From: Vicugna vicugna
Taxonomy: Eukaryota
Assembly (NCBI GenBank): GCA_013265495.1
Contig: MU059903.1
Location: 434,001-498,000 of the forward strand
Length of the DNA stretch: 64,000 nucleotides
Direction: 5' to 3'
The notes under the pieces were generated by a model that did not search any database, was not told where the DNA came from, and saw only the letters and a program-made list of their open reading frames with translations. Positions 60,400 through 64,000 of this stretch are shown here, in pieces. Positions within the stretch are counted from its first letter, which is position 1. Each line of letters begins with the position of its first letter. The translations under genes were made by a program, and so were the position numbers.

Positions 60400-60590
60400 G
60401 GCTGCCGGGGGCTCAGGGGAGATGGGAATTATCTGACGGGTAGAGTCTGGGAAGGTGAAGAAGTTATGAGATAGATGGTGGTGAGGTTTGCCCAACAATG
60501 TGAATGTTCTTAATGCCACTGAAATGCACACATAAAAATCATTTTTAAACGGTTAATATGATAAATTTTTTACCACAATTAAAAAAAGAA
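60400..60590 (+). mobile_element. L1MB-like 3' end with A tail
   Basis: gagatagatggtggtgaggtttgcccaacaatgtgaatgttcttaatgccactgaa...ttttaccacaattaaaaaaa. Confidence 0.7.
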
Positions 60591-62014
60591 AGAACCGGCA
60601 TGTGCTATTCCTAAAAAAAAGTCCAACACTAGAAACCTTTATGAATCAGGGCTGCTGGCTGCCTTATTACAATACTCACTTTTCGAAGTCATTGCTAAGA
60701 AAATACCTGTTCTATCAAAACTGTTCGGTTCACTTTTTAGAATCCTTTTTTGCTACCTTAAAAAAACAGCAGCAACTGTCACTCAGTGAGCCCCTGCTCG
60801 GTGCCACGCGGCCTGGCACAGGCCAACAAACCTGAGCACACGCACCCCCAGACCCTGCAAGCAAGGCCCCGACCCTCATCCTAGACCTGAAGCACCTGCC
60901 GGGCGTCTGTCCACCCGGCCCTGCTCAGCACCACTCCCCGAGCACCACCTCCCCATGCAGAACTAGAGAAACTGCATCACGTGACAGCATTTCCAGTACA
61001 AGGCTCATCTCCCAAACCTCACCCCCGTCCCTTCTCTCCAGCCAGCCACGCTCTTCCCCTTTAAGTCACTGGTTTTGAAGCCTTATTCTGGCTTTACACC
61101 TCATCTGACCACCTACAACCAAGCTCTGTGAGAACACAAATTTTATATACATTTGCGTATATTACACACATACACAGACACACACAGGCACCTGTGAAGA
61201 CAAGAACGACAGGATGGCACTCAACACTGGCAGTCCTGCCCCAGCCTCTCGTAGTTAGTGACCTGGCTCACGGAGGGAGTGGCAGCCGGTCGCACTCACG
61301 CTCAGGATGCGCAGCACCGCCCCCGAGGGAGGCCACGCAGAGCGGCGCGCACTCACTGAGACCCGTCACAGCCACACCCAGGTGACCTGCATCACAGATC
61401 CCAGGCCTTCGAGGTAAGTTTCAATTCCACAGCATGAATCACACCTAAGCAGAGACGGAAAAGTGCCAAGTCCCCCTACTCCCTTTCAAAACAAGGTACG
61501 CCCCTGAACAGGACTTTAAAGTCAACAAAATACTGTTGAGCAATTACAGAAAACATAAAGAATGTGACGCATTTTAAATCACTACTATCTGAGCAAAGGA
61601 GAGGACAGAAACCACTTAACTGCACCCGACTGGCAAGAGCCCAGGGTGAGAAGCGCAGCGCAGCCTGCGCGCAGCAGCAACCCCGAGTCCTGACACCAGC
61701 CCGGAGGAGGGTGATGCGTACCACCTTCCATACCAGCGCAGCCCGAAAACTAGACCCCAGCATATCCCCGACTTCTCCTCAGGAAGGGAAAGCAACAGGG
61801 AGCGCGACGCTCTGAAACTGCTGATGTCACAACCGGATGACATGCGGGTCTGTGACCCCGGGGCCCTTCACCCCAGCACCCGCGTGGGGTGAACATCACT
61901 CCTTCGGGACAGAAAGCACAGGGGAGACTCTGCCCCTCAGCCCAGGGCCGGGCCCCGGGCCCAGTGGCGTGTCCTGGGCACGCCCACGGCTCTCCCGCCC
62001 CGCCGGCCACTTAC

Positions 62015-62216
62015 CGCTGGACTTGACCTCGCGCACGTAGTTGCTGGGGAACCAGCCGGTCCTGCCGTTGTGCGTGCCCTCCCACCAGCCCCCCTCCTCC
62101 ACTCGCGTGACGTGGATGACATCTCCTTTCGAGAAGGAGAGCTCGTCTTCATTCGTCTGCTGGAAGTTAAACTTGGCTCGTACTACCAGCTGACTGCTGC
62201 TGTTATCCGTCATGTC
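62015..62216 (-). CDS. ARHGEF7: ARHGEF7 SH3 exon ([68 protein letters not shown]); beta-PIX ATG at 62213
   Basis: Acceptor ctctcag|GAC ATG, donor AGCG|gtaagt, 202 nt. Canonical SH3 motifs ([12 protein letters not shown]). Confidence 0.98.
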
Positions 62217-62734
62217 CTGAGAGGGGGGAAGGGAGAACAGTCCGTGAAGGATGTACAGCCTAGTCGGTATGATCAGATTAGACTTTACTACTTCAAATGC
62301 AGCATAGCTGCCCTGGTCACACAGCAGAGGAACAACTAGAGACATTCAGGTCCCCGCCTCCCGCCGGGCACCCTGACCACCCCCACCCCAACTCCAGTCC
62401 CGGAAGAAACCCTCTTAATGGCTTGAGAGGTCTCATTCCTGCCACTGTTATGCCTACATAAATGCAGACACTTTCACGGACATTTACACAGAATTACATG
62501 GTACACACTTCTCTGTAATTTGCAACAAGTTAAAATACTGTGATCTTTTTTTTTCAGCAGGACTTAATTACCTGAGTCTCAACTAACTGCATAGCGTTAC
62601 ACTGTACGGCAGTGCAGAGTTAACCAATGAGGCTGGTCCTAATATTTTCTATTGCAAAACAAGGCTGCATTAGAACTGTCTGCACATCTGTCTTCGAACA
62701 CAGCAGTAAATAAATCAAACTGTTAAATTCAGAT

Positions 62735-62975
62735 CAGAGAACAAAGGTAACTCACATGAAGTTCACACTTATTCCTAAACTGCTCTCCAAAAAGGTCCTA
62801 CAGGCCCACACCAAGCCTCATTCCCGCGAGCGGCATCTAAGAGTTCTCACTGCCTCAAATACTCACCAACACTGGATACGGCCAAACATTCAAATTTTTC
62901 CTGAACTGACAGGTAAAAATGGTACTTCATTTTAATTTGCATCTTTCTCAGAGATTAAGCATAATTACAGAAAAG
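62735..62975 (-). mobile_element. Old L1ME-like fragment
   Basis: aaactgctctccaaaaagg...caccaacactggata...aggtaaaaatggtacttcattttaatttgcat. Confidence 0.6.
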
Positions 62976-63049
62976 TAGGAAGAGAAAGGTAGACCGGCTA
63001 GAATTTTTTTTAACCTCCCTCCACCCCCGACTGGAACTGCCAACAAGAA

Positions 63050-64000
63050 TCAACGAAAATCCCCAAGAAAAGCCTGCTCCCCTGGTCAGCGGGCAGGGAA
63101 GGGGCAGCAGGCAGGCTCACTCAACCGGTGACAACGGGTAAGCCGCTCATCCGGCACAGGGTGTCCAAGGGAACTGGGTCGGACGTGCTGTGCCCCATCA
63201 GGTGCCGGCGCTGCACCAGCACCAGGGACGTGGCAGGAATCCAGCGCCCACTCCCCAGGGGCAGCAGGCAGCACCCCCTGCCCATGCAGGGGAGAAGCAG
63301 GCCTGACATCGCCCCAATTCCCATCCAGAGGCGCTGTCAGGGCTCCAGCAGGAGCCCCAGTGACACCAGGTAAATGCGTCTGACCAGACAGCACTACAAG
63401 GAAACTAACCTGTCACTAGAACCACAGCCGCCCAACCCAGGCCAGCGCCGCTGCACAGAACAGTCAGGGCCACGGCTGCAGAGACATAGACTGAAGCAGG
63501 GCCCGGCTCCTCCTAACACCCTCTCCAAAGGGTTTAGGGCACAACCGAAAACATTCCTCGTCCCAGAACAAGGAAGACAAGAGCCTGACCGAGAAAGGAC
63601 CAGGGCACTGAGACCAAGACGAAGCTCTCTCAAAACAGACAACCCCAGAAATGAAACAGAACCTACAAAATGTACTCAAACTGACAGAGAGGAAAAACAT
63701 GATGAGAGCCCCCTGGGCTCATGGAAGTGACAAAGATCTAAGGCTGGGGCCATCGAAGTCCTGGAGGAGGAAGAGGCCAGAGCTGAAAAGGAGTGTAGAA
63801 ACAAGGCTGAAAAGTCCTCGATGCGACAAGAGACGCAAACATACAGTTAGGAAGCTGACTGGACCCCAAACAGGATAAGCCTAAAGAAGTCTGGACTAAG
63901 CCACATCACAATTAAACTGCAGAAGGGCCAGAAACTCTTAGTATTTGGATTTAAAAAGACATCTGAGGATATGCAGGGTCTGAAAAACCTCACCTCCCCT
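63050..64000 (+). mobile_element. L1MD/MC-like 5' UTR plus ORF1 fossil, running off the window end
   Basis: ccagaacaaggaagacaagagcctgaccgagaaagg, gagagccccctggg and ggaagctgactggaccccaaacaggataagcctaaagaagtctggactaagccacatcacaattaaactg are colinear with the L1 5'/ORF1 consensus. Confidence 0.65.

Larger units (their letters stand above)
16661..62216 (-). other. ARHGEF7: ARHGEF7 (beta-PIX) gene body, SH3 exon to stop; 5' CH-domain exons lie beyond the window end
   Basis: Sixteen core exons splice GT-AG in frame, from [15 protein letters not shown] to KNMNDPAWDETNL* (646 aa from the ATG at 62213). Confidence 0.97.

Overview
Mammalian genomic DNA, GC-rich, with three N gaps. It is most likely camelid, judging from one tRNA-derived SINE at 1126-1266 that resembles the camelid family as I recall it. 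The gene order matches the human 13q34 pair ARHGEF7-TEX29, with both genes on the minus strand. ARHGEF7 (beta-PIX/Cool-1) is present from its SH3 exon (62216) to the terminal DETNL exon (stop 16661-16663). Its 16 core coding exons each have GT-AG boundaries and compatible phases, and splice to a 646-aa SH3-DH-PH-Pro-rich-GIT-binding-coiled-coil protein. A composite alternative exon at 25566/25604-25780 gives either a 59-aa insert or an alternative C-terminus. A ~2.3 kb 3' UTR follows. Downstream lies TEX29, with four coding exons resolved (9431 to 861) and an unresolved last exon. The rest is intron or intergenic sequence with old L1, L2, MIR, MLT1, MER20 and MER21 fossils. Repeat family names come from recalled consensus sequences, not a database search. 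Almost all entries in the ORF track are chance ORFs in GC-rich DNA. I found no wholly new biological system. The best leads are: a trefoil-like 6-Cys module encoded by one phase 1-1 exon of TEX29; kb-scale alternation of GC3 between adjacent ARHGEF7 exons together with GC-shifted repeat fossils; an exact isolated 46-bp direct repeat; a 33-bp near-palindrome with twin TGACATCA motifs in the TEX29 5' region; Pumilio elements with tandem poly(A) signals in the ARHGEF7 3' UTR; and candidate cryptic or poison exons in ARHGEF7 intron 2.
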